A model generated the notes under the pieces. That model was not told the origin of the DNA. It saw nothing but the letters and a program-made list of their open reading frames with translations, and made no database searches. From Phoronis australis (Eukaryota; Animalia; Phoronida), in the NCBI GenBank assembly GCA_002633005.1, contig NMRA01000831.1, positions 51,662-115,661 on the forward strand: DNA of 64,000 nucleotides, in the 5' to 3' direction. The position numbers were made by a program, and so were the translations under genes. Shown here piece after piece: positions 47,784 through 59,728 of this stretch (within the stretch, counting starts at the first letter, position 1; every line of letters begins with the position of its first letter).

Positions 47784-49919
47784 CAGGGCTCGACATAACG
47801 AGCTGCAGGTCGCATGTGCGACCTGAAATTTGGAAATGCGAGCTGAGATTTTTATCAGCTTGTATCAAGTCGCTAAATGCGACCTGGAATTTCCAACGTA
47901 TGCGAGCTGAGTTTTTACACTTCTCGGCAGAAACCTGGCAAATATAAAGCAACTCTTGTTAGTCCGACCGTTATTTGGTCGTTGCCAAATCCAAGTTCAA
48001 AAGAACGCCAACCAAGAGCAGCCCTACCGATGACTTGTACATGTAAGCAAGTCGCGTGAACATGGGATATGCAGAATCGATCTTTGACGTGTTTCATTGG
48101 CTAAGACTTTCGACCACTTTTGCAAGTTTTCGGATTCGGGCCGGAAAGTTTTGGGCCACTGCATAACATGTAATAGAATGTCACAAAACGGCGGTGTTTC
48201 TACTAATTCTTAAGCGATAAACTTATCAAACTTTGTGGTGGACAAATATGTTTATTTTTTGTGTAAGATGTCCTTATTACATGTACCAAATATCCACGAC
48301 AACATCCCCGATATTGCCGGCACTGCGGCACTGATCGGTCCTGTTGTTAGCGCGCAAGCGGTCCTGGCAGACAATCGTGACTTAGAGATGTGCGTCTCAT
48401 TTTTTACTGCATATGACAGCCAAAGTGAAAGTGACAACCCTATTAATCGCCAAATAACCGCTACGTCTTCACTCTCAGTTACTAAGAAATTATTTAACCC
48501 CTTTACTTGTTCCTGGGGCTATGTGCGCGAAATATGATTTGACTTTCACACATTGCTGCCAGTGTAAATAATGGGCTCACCCATGAGCCCCCCAATTTGG
48601 CGAATTGGGCAAAAAGGTTCGCCTCAGTGAAACAAAAAGTCCCGCGAGTGAACGAGACAAAAATCCACAAAGTCCACAGGAATTCGGCGCAGATGCACGA
48701 TTGGCAGGCCTGAACCTAGTGGCCCCGTTTTTTAGTCCTCGTTGATTTATTTTCAGTAACAGGTCCGCATATGGAAGAATTCTAGCCCCCCTATATTTTA
48801 GGCTGGGTGCGCGCATGTAAAGTGTAGGCCTGCTCCTGCGATTCAAGTGGGGGGACTCACGCGTGCGCACCACTTCAAAGCTGCAAATCAAAAGAGAACA
48901 GCTACAGTCCTAAGTGAAAGAGTATACCAGCTTGGCTCTGTTGAGCACCCGGGTACGTGCCAGTGGTTTATTTTAAAATGAACTCATAGATTCCCGGCGG
49001 TTATAAAAGATCCGATGCTTTACGATATTCCCTGGGACCGATATAAACCAGAACTGATATTTCCTGTGACAATGTTTCCGGAGGTTGATGTTCCCTAATC
49101 CCTATACTCTATGCCCATAGCCAGCTGTTGCAACTAAACGGGTACTAGATGTGAAATTGTGGTCAGAGATTTTTTTATTCTTCTCTTCATACACTCCCTG
49201 GCAAGTTTTCGCTCCCCGGACCACCATCGCCGTAAAATGTTCAGATTCCAATAGAAACAATCTTGTTCCGGCTGAAGCGGGCAATTAAAAACAAAATTAT
49301 TCCGGGTGGCTAAAAGGGTACAGTGTATGTGGTAACGATATCCAGAAAGTCACCCCTATACTCGCAAAATCCTATTATTATATCGTTTCTAACCATTGCA
49401 GTCGTTTAATATCTCATTAACGCAAACACTCACGTTAACGACCACGCACAAGCCTACTCCCTACCTTTGAAGTGTTTTATAATAAGCAGTCACTGATTTA
49501 CTAAGCGTTCCCCTTCAATGAATATACTTTTTCAACGGGCATTTTTTTCCGTTTTCACATCGCAAACGTAGCTACTTGAATGCACGTGTCATTTAGGGAG
49601 CACTTTTTCAACTTTCACGTGGGCAACTTGCCTTGCGTTTTAGGGCCTTTCAATGGCGGTCGTGAAGAACAGTAATACCGTACCTGCATGAACGAACTCA
49701 GTTTTGCGATCTGAAATTTGTCAGTATTTAATGCTGCAGGTAAGATCATAATCTAAACATTTTCTCGGTGATCTAAAAAATCAATTTTGGAGCGTAAAAA
49801 TGGCGGGAAATTTTTGCGCCCTGGCATTTATGAATGCGAGCTGGATTTTGAAAATGTGACCTGGGATTTTGGCTAGGTCGCAAAATGTGACCTGGCGATT
49901 TGAATAGCGTCGAGCCCTG
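47784..49919. mobile_element. 2.1-kb non-autonomous DNA element with 5-bp TSD (hAT5-like), nested in the Merlin-like element
   Basis: Perfect TATAC TSD. Perfect 11-bp TIR CAGGGCTCGAC / GTCGAGCCCTG. Subterminal TGCGACC / TGCGAGCTG repeats. Confidence 0.85.
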
Positions 49920-51569
49920 TATACAAGTAACAGCCCCGCGGGTCCAGCACATTTTTTTGCTGAAGCTCAAACACTGTAAGATATTGACAGAAAATTTTAA
50001 CAATCATCTCTGGAGTTGGGCATGAGAAAATGAATTAGTTATTTATGAAGCACACTCCGGTTCAGAAGCGATTACAGCATTAACTGTTTACTTAATTAGA
50101 TACTTTGTTATTAGGTGTTATACAATAAATATATTAGCAAAAACAGGTCAGGAATATTTAATATTCGTTACCCGTGCATTTGAAATAACCACATAACTTG
50201 GTTTTGTCTCGCCTCATTCAAATTTGAAGAATCGTATTAGCGTCACTTGACAATTACAAATTTTATTGTTTTGTGGGGCGATGACCTCGAAAGACACATT
50301 ATGCGCTGCTGGTAATGGGTTCGTGGCAAATGGTTTTTGGGGCCTGTGTGTTTCAGTTATTTCCTGACCTGGTGCTGGATGCAGGTCTTCCCCCTACAAC
50401 GTGCTGCGGTTTAGGCCTACCGCTCGGACGATGGCAGAGGACCTCATCACCACGCAGGGCTGGTAGTCCGTAGAGACCAGCTAATACAGGAGTTTATCTC
50501 GCGGACCACGCGGCAAGCTTGCCCCGCACTTCCCAGCTTGTGTGAATTTTGACTATATGGTTGCAATCCACCTAAATGGGAGATTAACGGCATATTCATT
50601 AGGTAATTGGGCATTTCATATTTTAAATTGGTTATTACACTATTTACAATATTGTCCATTTTCATATGAAAAAACCCAACTTTTCTGTAGGCAAAAACAC
50701 AAATTTCAATTACACTCATACCATGATTTCTTACTATTATTCAACATGATAAAATAGGAATATTATTGGTAATTGCATTTAAATGAATGACTACAAGCAG
50801 CTTTTTGTAGGACTCATTTTATAGGACCATCGTTGCGGAAGTGGTCTGGTTTTCATCGCACAGGTGGATACTTGCAAAACTGACCATTTATATTTCGAAA
50901 TGGCGCCTGTGTCTTCTTAAAACAGACACCCCTCAAATTATTCCAACTTAGGGGTGGCTATCGTATAACTACTTGAATTTGAACGGCTTTCATTTGCTTT
51001 TAAATGACTTATAAGCATTCTTTGAAAAAATGGTTTCTACTTTTAAACCATTTAAATTAAAGCTGAATTCAGAAAAAAATAAACAGGAAAACTAATTGTG
51101 ATATAATGTTACAAAAATGCCAACAGTTCTTAAATTGAATTAAAGATTAATGTAAGCAAAACAACGCTTGTATTTTGAATAAGAATAACACGGCTTCGAA
51201 AGCAAGGCGGTTAACGGCCATTAAATGTATGTGCTTGGCAAATTGTTCTGAGAAAATAGACCCGATAAATGTTTAAGAAGTGACTTCAATAGACAATAAT
51301 ATAGAGTATTTACGATAATATAGAGTATAGTGTATTTACCAAAGACAATAATTTAGAATTCTTTCACAGAATTCCTGGAGGCACGCCAAGTATACATGTA
51401 CCTTAAGTCTACGTCCTGCTCGTCTTCACGGCGTCGGCTACATGACTGACGTGGTGGAGTATGTTACAAAACGCAGCACTAGATGTTTGTCCGTGTTCTT
51501 CACGCCACATCAACTCGTCGAGATGGCTTGGCAATTGCTCATCGCCCACGCCGGACATAGCTTTTAGTC

Positions 51570-52500
51570 GTGTCTTAGCGTTTTTCCAAAAGTTAATTTT
51601 CGTCCGTACCGACCAGACACGTTTTTGCTCAAGTCTCGGGCTTGTGGTCGGGCGGCCATGTTTCGACGACCACGTGCTATAAGTGGTCCTATCTTAGAGA
51701 AATCGTGGTCTCGACAGATAATTTTTGACCATATGACCACGCACTTCAATTGACTCACTGAGAGCACAGTTGGGGCTTTGAATTTTCGTCGGTACGGACA
51801 CAAAACGATTTTGCTCGAATCTCAGATCGCTTGTGGTCGGGCGGCCATTTTTCGTCCAAACGACCACGTGCTTTTAGTGCTTTGGAGAAGGCGTGGTCCC
51901 AACGGATAATTTTTTACCATACGACCACGTACTTTAATTGACTTAGAGAGTGAAGTTGAGGGCTTTGAATTTTCGTTGGTACGGACCCGACGCGATTTTG
52001 CTCGAATCTCAGAACGCTTGTAGTCGGGCGGACATTTTTCTTCCAAACGACCATGCGGTTTTAGTGCCTTGAAGAAGGCGTGGTCCCGACGGATAATTTT
52101 TTACCATACGACCACGTACTTTAATTGATTCAGAGAGCGTAGTTGGGGGCTTTGAATTTTCGTCGGTACGGACCCGACGCGATTTTGCTCGAATCTCAGA
52201 TCGCTTGTCAGGTCAGGCGGCCATTTTTCGTCCACACGACCACACGCTTTTAGTGTCTTGGAGAAGGTGTGGTCCCTACGGATAATTTTTTACCATACGA
52301 CCACACACTTTAAACGACTGTGAGAGAGTGGTAGGGGCTTTGAATTTTCGTGCGTACCGACCCCACGCGATTTTTCTCAAGTCTTACAACGCTTGTGGTT
52401 AGGCGGACATTTTTTGTCCAAATGACCACGCGCTTTAAGGGCCTTGGAGAAGTCGTGGTCCTGACGGATAATTTTTGACCATACGACCACGCACTTTAAA
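51570..52500 (-). repeat. Right subterminal tandem array (~187-bp unit), inverted relative to the left array
   Basis: GGATAATTTTTTACCATACGACCAC at ~51904, 52091, 52280 and 52466; reverse complement of the 46430-46930 units. Confidence 0.85.
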
Positions 52501-53508
52501 TATGCTAGTTAGGAGGTATATAAGGATAATTACTATCCACACCAGCTGATTCTTCTTAATTTGAATTACTTCTGCAAAAGTGTGCAGTGCTGGCAGATAA
52601 CATTGCCAAGAAGAAAATACTGTGATTGAATTTTCCTTTACATTTACACGACGTAGTTGTCATCCACAGGTGGCGCAATAATACGACCACATTCAAACAT
52701 GGCATCTCCGCAAGTTCATCGAGTTCGAAAAATTAGTTGATATTACGACTGCATATTGGAAGTTGGGAGAAGTATTAACTCTGCAAGATAGATAAGAATA
52801 GTCATTTTATATCTCCTATTTATAAGGAAAAAAGAAGTATCTTGGGAGGCGTATTTGTCACCAGTACCTGCTTTTGTTTATGTCACTGCAAGAATCACCT
52901 TTTAATTCAAACAGCTGCGAATAACACCCGCACGCAATGGTGTTCTAGGTCAGACCCCTATTCAATACAAGCTTTTGTTGTTTGTGCTGGAGTCTCGCAG
53001 TGGGTTCACGCAACATGGCACGAAAAGGCAGCTTCACTTATCATTTGACGAGCTTACATTTGCGTGATTGAACTCGCGTGTTCTTATTTTACTATGGCTT
53101 TGCTAAGACTATGTCTGGTTAGTCCAATTAAAACATCTAAACTTACTAACAAAATTCCATTGAAGTTAGGCTTTAATACATGCATTATCATACATGCCAG
53201 TAAGTCCCTGTAGGTGGCGTTGTTAACAAGATGTCAGCTACGTTCCTTATAGTTGGATTGGTGAGCTTAGTAAGTAACAAATAAACATATAGTTATTGTT
53301 TACAATCCGACTCCTAATCCATGCCCGGCCACCTCACTTTAGTACGTAAACGTTGTTTTTTCCCAACAATTCCTAAATGACCCATAACGTAGTATTGTCA
53401 TGAGGACTTGACAGGAACCTCAGGGGTCTCACAATTAATCCACTGATTTATCCACATTATTTTGAAAACGCTTTGCCGGACACACATTGTGTGTCATAGA
53501 AGAGATAC

Positions 53509-53700
53509 CCATACCAAAAGACCATGTTTGCCGCAAGCTTGCAGCAAACATGCCGCAAGCTTGGGGCAAACAATTTTGTTTGCAGCAAACCAGCCGCAAA
53601 GTTTGCAGGAGTTTGCCGCTACCCGCAACTCAGCCGCACACATTGCCGCAACCTTGCTGCAAACACTGAAGTTTGCAGGAATGTTGCTGAGGCAGCAAGT
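53509..53700. repeat. TTGCCGCAA/TTGCAGCAA palindromic repeat cluster (possible CACTA/EnSpm-type MITE end)
   Basis: Starts CCCATACCAAAA, followed by many TTGC(C/A)GCAA motifs in both orientations. Confidence 0.45.
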
Positions 53701-53759
53701 AGAACTACTCTCGTTAATCACATTGGTGTAGACTCACAGTTGAACTGTGGTTTTCTGTA

Positions 53760-54640
53760 GACCCCAGACCGTCCAGAGTTGACCAATACCAACTCCGGTC
53801 TCTCACGACGATTTAGCGTTATGTTCATGTGCGAGCGATAATACTGTGGGGCGCATTTTACGCGGGATCACAATTCGGGTATCCCTCAAAATTACTTTTC
53901 CAACAACACACAGTTCTCCAGCAACAGCTTAGAAATTCCGACAATTCTCGAATCTTCAAATTTCGACGGCTTTCCTGACCTCAGACAATTCAGGGTCATC
54001 CGAGGATTGGATTCCAATCTCGCGCGTCGACAGAGCATCCATTTGGCGTGGCACTGACCGCATCACGGACACAGTCCTCAGCTTCATCCGTTTGTTTGTT
54101 TTGAATGTCTGCAGGATTCATGAGGCGCGATAATGAATCAGCGAAGTTTTGACTTCCGGCAACGTGCTTTATTCGAAAGTCATATGGCTGCAATTGCAGC
54201 ACCCAGCGCCCAATCCTTGCAAACTGGGTTGGTATTGGGGCCCATAAATGGTTTCTAATGGTTTGTGGTCAGTGATTAGAAAAAACTCTTTAGCAAACAA
54301 ATAAGCATGGATTTCTCGTACGCCCATACCAGACTGAGTGCTTCCTTTTCGGTTTGACTGTATATCGGCGTTTGCAATCAGACAGTGCTTCACTAGCGTA
54401 GCAAACAAGAAGTTTGATGCCTCGTTCTTGCATCAGGACGGCACCAAGTCCAACAGGACTAGCATCAGCGATGACCTGTGTCGGTACATCTTTGTTGTAA
54501 TAACCAAGTGTACTTTCGCTCATCAGACTGTCTCTCAGGAGTGCAAATGACTTTTTCTGCTCAGGGCCAAATTTAAAAACAGTCCCCTTTTTTGTCAGTC
54601 GTCTTAATGGCTCGTGACAAAATCTTGTATGAACCAACTC
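53760..54640 (-). mobile_element. Gypsy pol fragment (RT end, RNase H, integrase N-terminal region)
   Basis: EPLRRLTKKG..F.FGPEQKKSF; VIADASPVGLGAVLMQ..VCYASEALSDCKRRY; LITDHKPLETIY; LQPYDFRIKHVAGSQNFADSLSRL; RIVIPRKMR..VLSLAHE. Confidence 0.9.
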
Positions 54641-55439
54641 GAGAAATTAGCAAGGACGTCAATGCCGCGCCGTTTGGCCAAAACACCACAAATTGGCCAG
54701 AATAACGATAACGTCACAAGCCAAGCTGAAGTCCGTGAGGTGCGGACGCAACGTTGCTAATTTTTGTAAGTTTTTATTCCAGTATTAGACTCTAACTTGA
54801 TCTGTTTTCTGAACTAAATGTCTCAAAATTTTCATGCTTTTAGTCAATTATGTGTTGAGAAGAGAACGCTCTCTTCCGGTTTCGAAATATACAAACTCAG
54901 TATCGGAAATATGTATGTTGTGATTTAGCAGTTTATGCTTCATATTGGCATGGTAGCAGCACTTTTCCTACCCACAGTGACTAGTGAGCCTTAAAAGCCA
55001 CAACTCGCGTAAATCTGTTTTTTTAGTCACACTGTAAGTTAATATTTTTCACTTATTAGGACCCAGATTTCCTTCGTAGACTTGCCTTACTTAAATTTGA
55101 CATACATACTAAGATGTCTTATGGTGACTTAGACATTCGCCTAAGTGCGTGATGTATACTTAAGTCGTTTACAGTATGCCAGATGCAGTAAGTGTACCTA
55201 AGCACGAAACGAGACTGAAAGTTGGAAGTGTCCTTAGCATATGGACTCCAAGTTAGCTCCCTTCTGAATTGATATTGTTCAATGGAAAAAGAAGACTTGC
55301 TCTTCCCCCTCCACAGTTTTGCCAACGATACATCCAGTGCCTCTAAGAAAGAACAACATACCGCACAACAGAAAGTGAATATGTTTGAACTGATGCTTGG
55401 GCAAATTACAAACCTCTGCCATATCATAGCCTGCCTCGC

Positions 55440-58350
55440 AATACCATAGTCAAAAATAGCACATCAACGGCTACACTTCGGATTCCATACCAGTGTCACA
55501 AACTTCATTGCTTTCACATTGATCTTCCTTCAGCCTGGTGAATGGTATGAAGATCTGTATGCCAATGCTTGGTGGCATTCATTGTTGACAGCCTCCTACG
55601 TATAGGTACCTGGATATCTTGCCATGTAGTACACGTGGCTGACTCACACCTACCCTAGAAAATTTGGTCATACGGGGTTAAACTTAATCTATCCTGTGCT
55701 ACCGAGGCTCGTCAAGCAAAAGTATGTTACTAAAATTTGATCCTTCACTTAACTATTTGACCAGAAAGATCACTGTCATTAATTGTCTTTCTTGCAATAG
55801 TTCCACCTATTAGAAACTGCCCAGACTCTGCAAAGCACCGTACAGAATTGCAGCACCAAGTTCACCAACCGCCTCCCTAGGATCCAGGCGAACCTGAAGC
55901 TGACTTTCACCAATTTGCCTAGCTGCACCATGCATTGTCCCTTATGCAAGCAAACTGGTTGATCAACCCATCTCAGCAAGTGCCAGTACTCACCCCCAGA
56001 TGACAAGACCTACATGGCTAAAGCCCGACAAGTCAGGGACTCACATCTGGCGACAAATCAGACGACGACCAGGTTTCTGAGGATGTACCAGTCTCGAATC
56101 CAGCCCTACAATGGTCCAGATTGGCCAATCCCCCCACTTTGACTCATTTTACAGTTCGTATTATGATTGATAGTGCCGCTCAAAAGGGAACATGATTCGA
56201 GCACCAATTGCTCAATCCCTCAGCGCCTGCATTGTAAAAAAGTTGCATTTATCTGCACATCAAGCCGATGCTGCATTGCCCCTGATGGTCCTTGGGGAAC
56301 CCCAATTTGAACTGACCCGTGATGGACATACATTGATCTTTGAAGGTCTGTGCCCGGTTGCATGAAACAGTCCCAAGTAGGGACTGAACTAAGTTCCTCA
56401 AATGTACTGCGTATTTGTGGGCTTGTGAAAACACTGATCGGCATTTCTTATGCTGTTTAAATCTCAATACCAAGTCAATTTTCGACTTTGATACTAACTG
56501 AGAAGAAACTAAAAGTTGAGTTCTCAATGTTATTGGAAATAAGTAGGAATCTTTTCATGCAACGCAACTAATTTAAGGACTAAGTCCCTAATTATTATGA
56601 CTTAATTAAGGACTCAGTTTTCAGTTATATTATTAGAAAATACCATTAGTCAAAGAGGAGCTCATGATAAAGGTAAAATGATAGAAAAATATGACATCTG
56701 TGAGTAAAAAAACGATGCAAATAGGCAAAAGATTTGGGGAACTTGGTTGAGTCCCTATTTGGGACTGTTTCATGCAACCGGGCACTGGTTGCCAAATGCC
56801 TTGATACTGCCTTACTGGCCGGCATTGCAGGCCACTTACAGTTCCCTGAATCCCTCCATGAGAGACATGCGGTATTCCGAGCCGACTCCTACAGGCTCCT
56901 CATGCAAAAATGATCTGGCCTGGAGAGTTTGTCAATGTTACTTTGCCTGATGAACTTTCACATGACGACATCTATGCGATCTACCCGTACTGTCCAACTG
57001 ATTCACTTTGCCAGAGACTCCAGCCTCGCCTTTTATGTTCACAGCCATATATGCTTACTGAACCTGACTAGTGAGCCAATAACCATTCACCGGAATGAAC
57101 AAATTTGTAGAGTTTGTACTACTGTGCCTCTCGCTGATCTCGATCTGTGTAGTGCAAGCTCAATTTGGATGCAATCAGTCTCGACTTCAGTACCGAGACC
57201 CTCTACAGCAACATCACTACACTCTCATGGGGTCCAACTAGACCCAACCAGAGGGCGTCTGCTCCCAATTTCAGCAACTGCTACAGCAGTATGTATGATA
57301 AAGCCTTCAACCTGTCCTTCAATAGCACTGCTGGTCCATTTGAGGCCACCTCAACATGTAGCCCGATCCCTCCCACAGATTGTAAATCCTTCCTTCCTTG
57401 GTAAAAAACCCAATGGAGGATTGGGAATGATCACTGCATTTGCTGACACATGCCGCTATTCCAAATTGCATCCCTCGCTGATTTAACCCTCAGACAAATT
57501 GCTCAGTGGAAGTTCCTCATTGCAGCCGACCTTACAACACTCTCCAGAGATTCCATGAAATACTACGCCATTCACTCCCTGAAAAGGTGCCAGCGTTTAC
57601 GCCTGCTCATGCAGCTATGGACATTCCATGATCGGAAACTGTTTTAAAAGAACTGATTTGTCGCATACTCGGACATCTTCAGGAGGGCGTCATCTCCAAA
57701 CTAGCTAACTTATACATCAGTGGCAACAGTCGTGAGGAACTCCTGTCTAACTGGGAAAGACTACTTTAAGTCTTACGGACTTGCAGCCTGAACTTATCTT
57801 ATCTGAAGACATTTATACCTTCATTACAATCTTTCATCCTTGGGGGATATATGGCAGTGAGGAACAATCCACGCTAGCTCTCATAGGATATCAACCCTTG
57901 CTTCTTGTGCAACCTCCTGCCACGTGTCTGGCCTTTGCTCGTTTATTGGAGCTTACAAAGTTTCAGCCCACGACCTTCGGGATTGCTCCCTTTTCGAAGC
58001 CCCTTTGGATGACCTCATAGCCGGCCGTGACTCCAAGGATGAAATTGGTTTGACTAATGATCTTGCCATGCACTTAAAGCCGAGCATAGGCAACACTACA
58101 GGATAGCCACACAATCACTCTCCCATGACCAACTGAACAACTTTGGATCGTCACCGATTGCTCTGTTAAACAGTCCTGCCTTTGTCCAACCCTCTACATG
58201 TCAAGTAGCGACAGCATTCTTTTGGGAGGCTTCTTCAGTGCCAAACTCCGCTAGAACCAAATGAACGGGTTACCGTGTGAGATAGAGGCATTGGAGTCTC
58301 CATCTACCACTTCAGCACTTACGTAGTGCAATCTTCCATCCACTGTAACA
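55440..58350 (+). mobile_element. Highly degenerate Gypsy-type gag-pol relic
   Basis: TPTLENLVI..LIYPVLPRLVKQKY; CPLCKQTG..HLSKCQY; NPSFLGKKPNGGLGMITAFADTCRYSK; TLRQIAQWKFLIAADLT; GLCSFIGAYKV. Confidence 0.7.
56351..56784. mobile_element. PIF/Harbinger MITE
   Basis: CTG 3-bp TSD. Near-perfect ~35-bp TIR TGCCCGGTTGCATGAAACAGTCCCAA(G/A)TAGGGACT. Confidence 0.9.
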
Positions 58351-58994
58351 GTTGGATTTTCTAATGAAATTACCATAGTTTCCATGCCAACGGTAATGGA
58401 AGTTGTGTTTTAATATGGATTGAGGTCTATTGTATTCAATTGTTTGCCCTTTCCAAAATTTTTAAAATTTTTTATGTGTAAGTGTGATGTCAGATATGCT
58501 AGTTTTGTTAAAAGCATCATGTCAACTTTAGCACCTTGTACATCGACATGCATTTTGTTTGTTTGTTTCTGACAGAATGCCGGGCTTTGTGTGAGTCTTG
58601 CATTTAAGTTGGCTGACATTCATGCAAATCCTAAATGTGTTCAGTTTAACAAATTGGTGAATAATGAAACATACTAATCATTAGCATTTTCACAACTTAT
58701 GACGTTTGATGCACTTTGCCTAGCTTATGCAGTGGACTCAATGAGCGGTGTTGGTGTTGCACCATTTATTTGTGCCATTGAATTTTTTTGTAGCTACCGA
58801 ATCACGTTGTGGAGGACATTTTGCTAGTATATATAGTTTCCAATCTGAGATGCTTTTTCTCCTTTACAGTTGCGAGACAAGTTTCTTCAAGGGAACACAG
58901 GTTTACAACAGGATGATTATGTCTGATCATTCAAGTGCGTGTGACATATAAATTAGCTGTGGACTGCAAGAGCAGCTGGTGTGTATCGTGGACA

Positions 58995-59277
58995 ATGTCG
59001 TCAACATCACCTGACAAGCAGCCAAAGAAATGGAGGGTGTTACTTGCTGATATTTGCGATGAGTTATCACAAAAAAATTTGGATAAAATGAAGTTTCTCT
59101 GTGGTGATCATCTGCCAGAATCTTCATTGGAAAAGTGCATTCATGGCATTGATGTTGTGAAACTGCTGATGGAAAATGCCCTCATATGTGAAAAGAACTC
59201 CAGCCATCTTATTCATCTTCTAAAGGACATTGGTAGAACTGATCTTTCGGTAGCACTCCAAAGCGCCTATCCAGCAG
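58995..59277 (+). CDS. Single death effector domain exon (FADD-like or other DED protein); rest of gene not identified in window
   Basis: MSSTSPDKQPKKWRVLLADICDELSQKNLDKMKFLCGDHLPESSLEKCIHGIDVVKLLMENALICEKNSSHLIHLLKDIGRTDL, with an intact RxDL motif. Acceptor TTTTTCTCCTTTACAG (58869); phase-1 donor CAG|GTAACT. Confidence 0.85.
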
Positions 59278-59728
59278 GTAACTATAAATCATTAAATCGT
59301 ATTGTAATCTATTTTGCCTGGGGTATGCAGCGAGCTATATGTTACAGAGTAAAGCTAGTCGAGGGTTGTCAAATAATGTTTTGTATTATGACTTAAGAAT
59401 GAATAGGCAATAAAAACAACTGAAGATTGGCATAGCAAAAATGCCCTTGAAAGTGTATGCTTGGGAAATTTGTCCACAGAAAATAACAGAACAACAAGAG
59501 TGATGAGAAGAAAGTCTGAAGAACATCACAGAAAATGGATGAAAACTCACTATCCCCTAGGATGGAGGATGGAAAAAGGAGTAAATGTGCAGCAGGTCTT
59601 GTACAGGACTAGGTAGAGGACTGAATGAGCTAGACCATGCTGAAAAAAGGAAAAATAACCAACCAATGAGTTACCTATTAGGGAGATGTATGAATGCAAA
59701 AGTAGTTCCTGGAAGATTAATAGAAATG

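Larger units (their letters stand above)
45836..52868. mobile_element. Merlin-like non-autonomous DNA transposon, 7.0 kb
   Basis: 8-bp TSD TGCTTTTG (45828-45835, 52869-52876). ~43-bp TIR GGTACTGGTGACAAATACGCCTCCCAAG..TACTTC..TTTTTTCC with GG...CC termini. Confidence 0.85.

Noticed and set aside
48695-48716. VQACQS on the minus strand resembling the caspase QACxG active site
   Set aside because: Preceded by an in-frame stop, lacks the Gly and the upstream KPKxFF context, lies inside a transposon, and is upstream of the DED exons.
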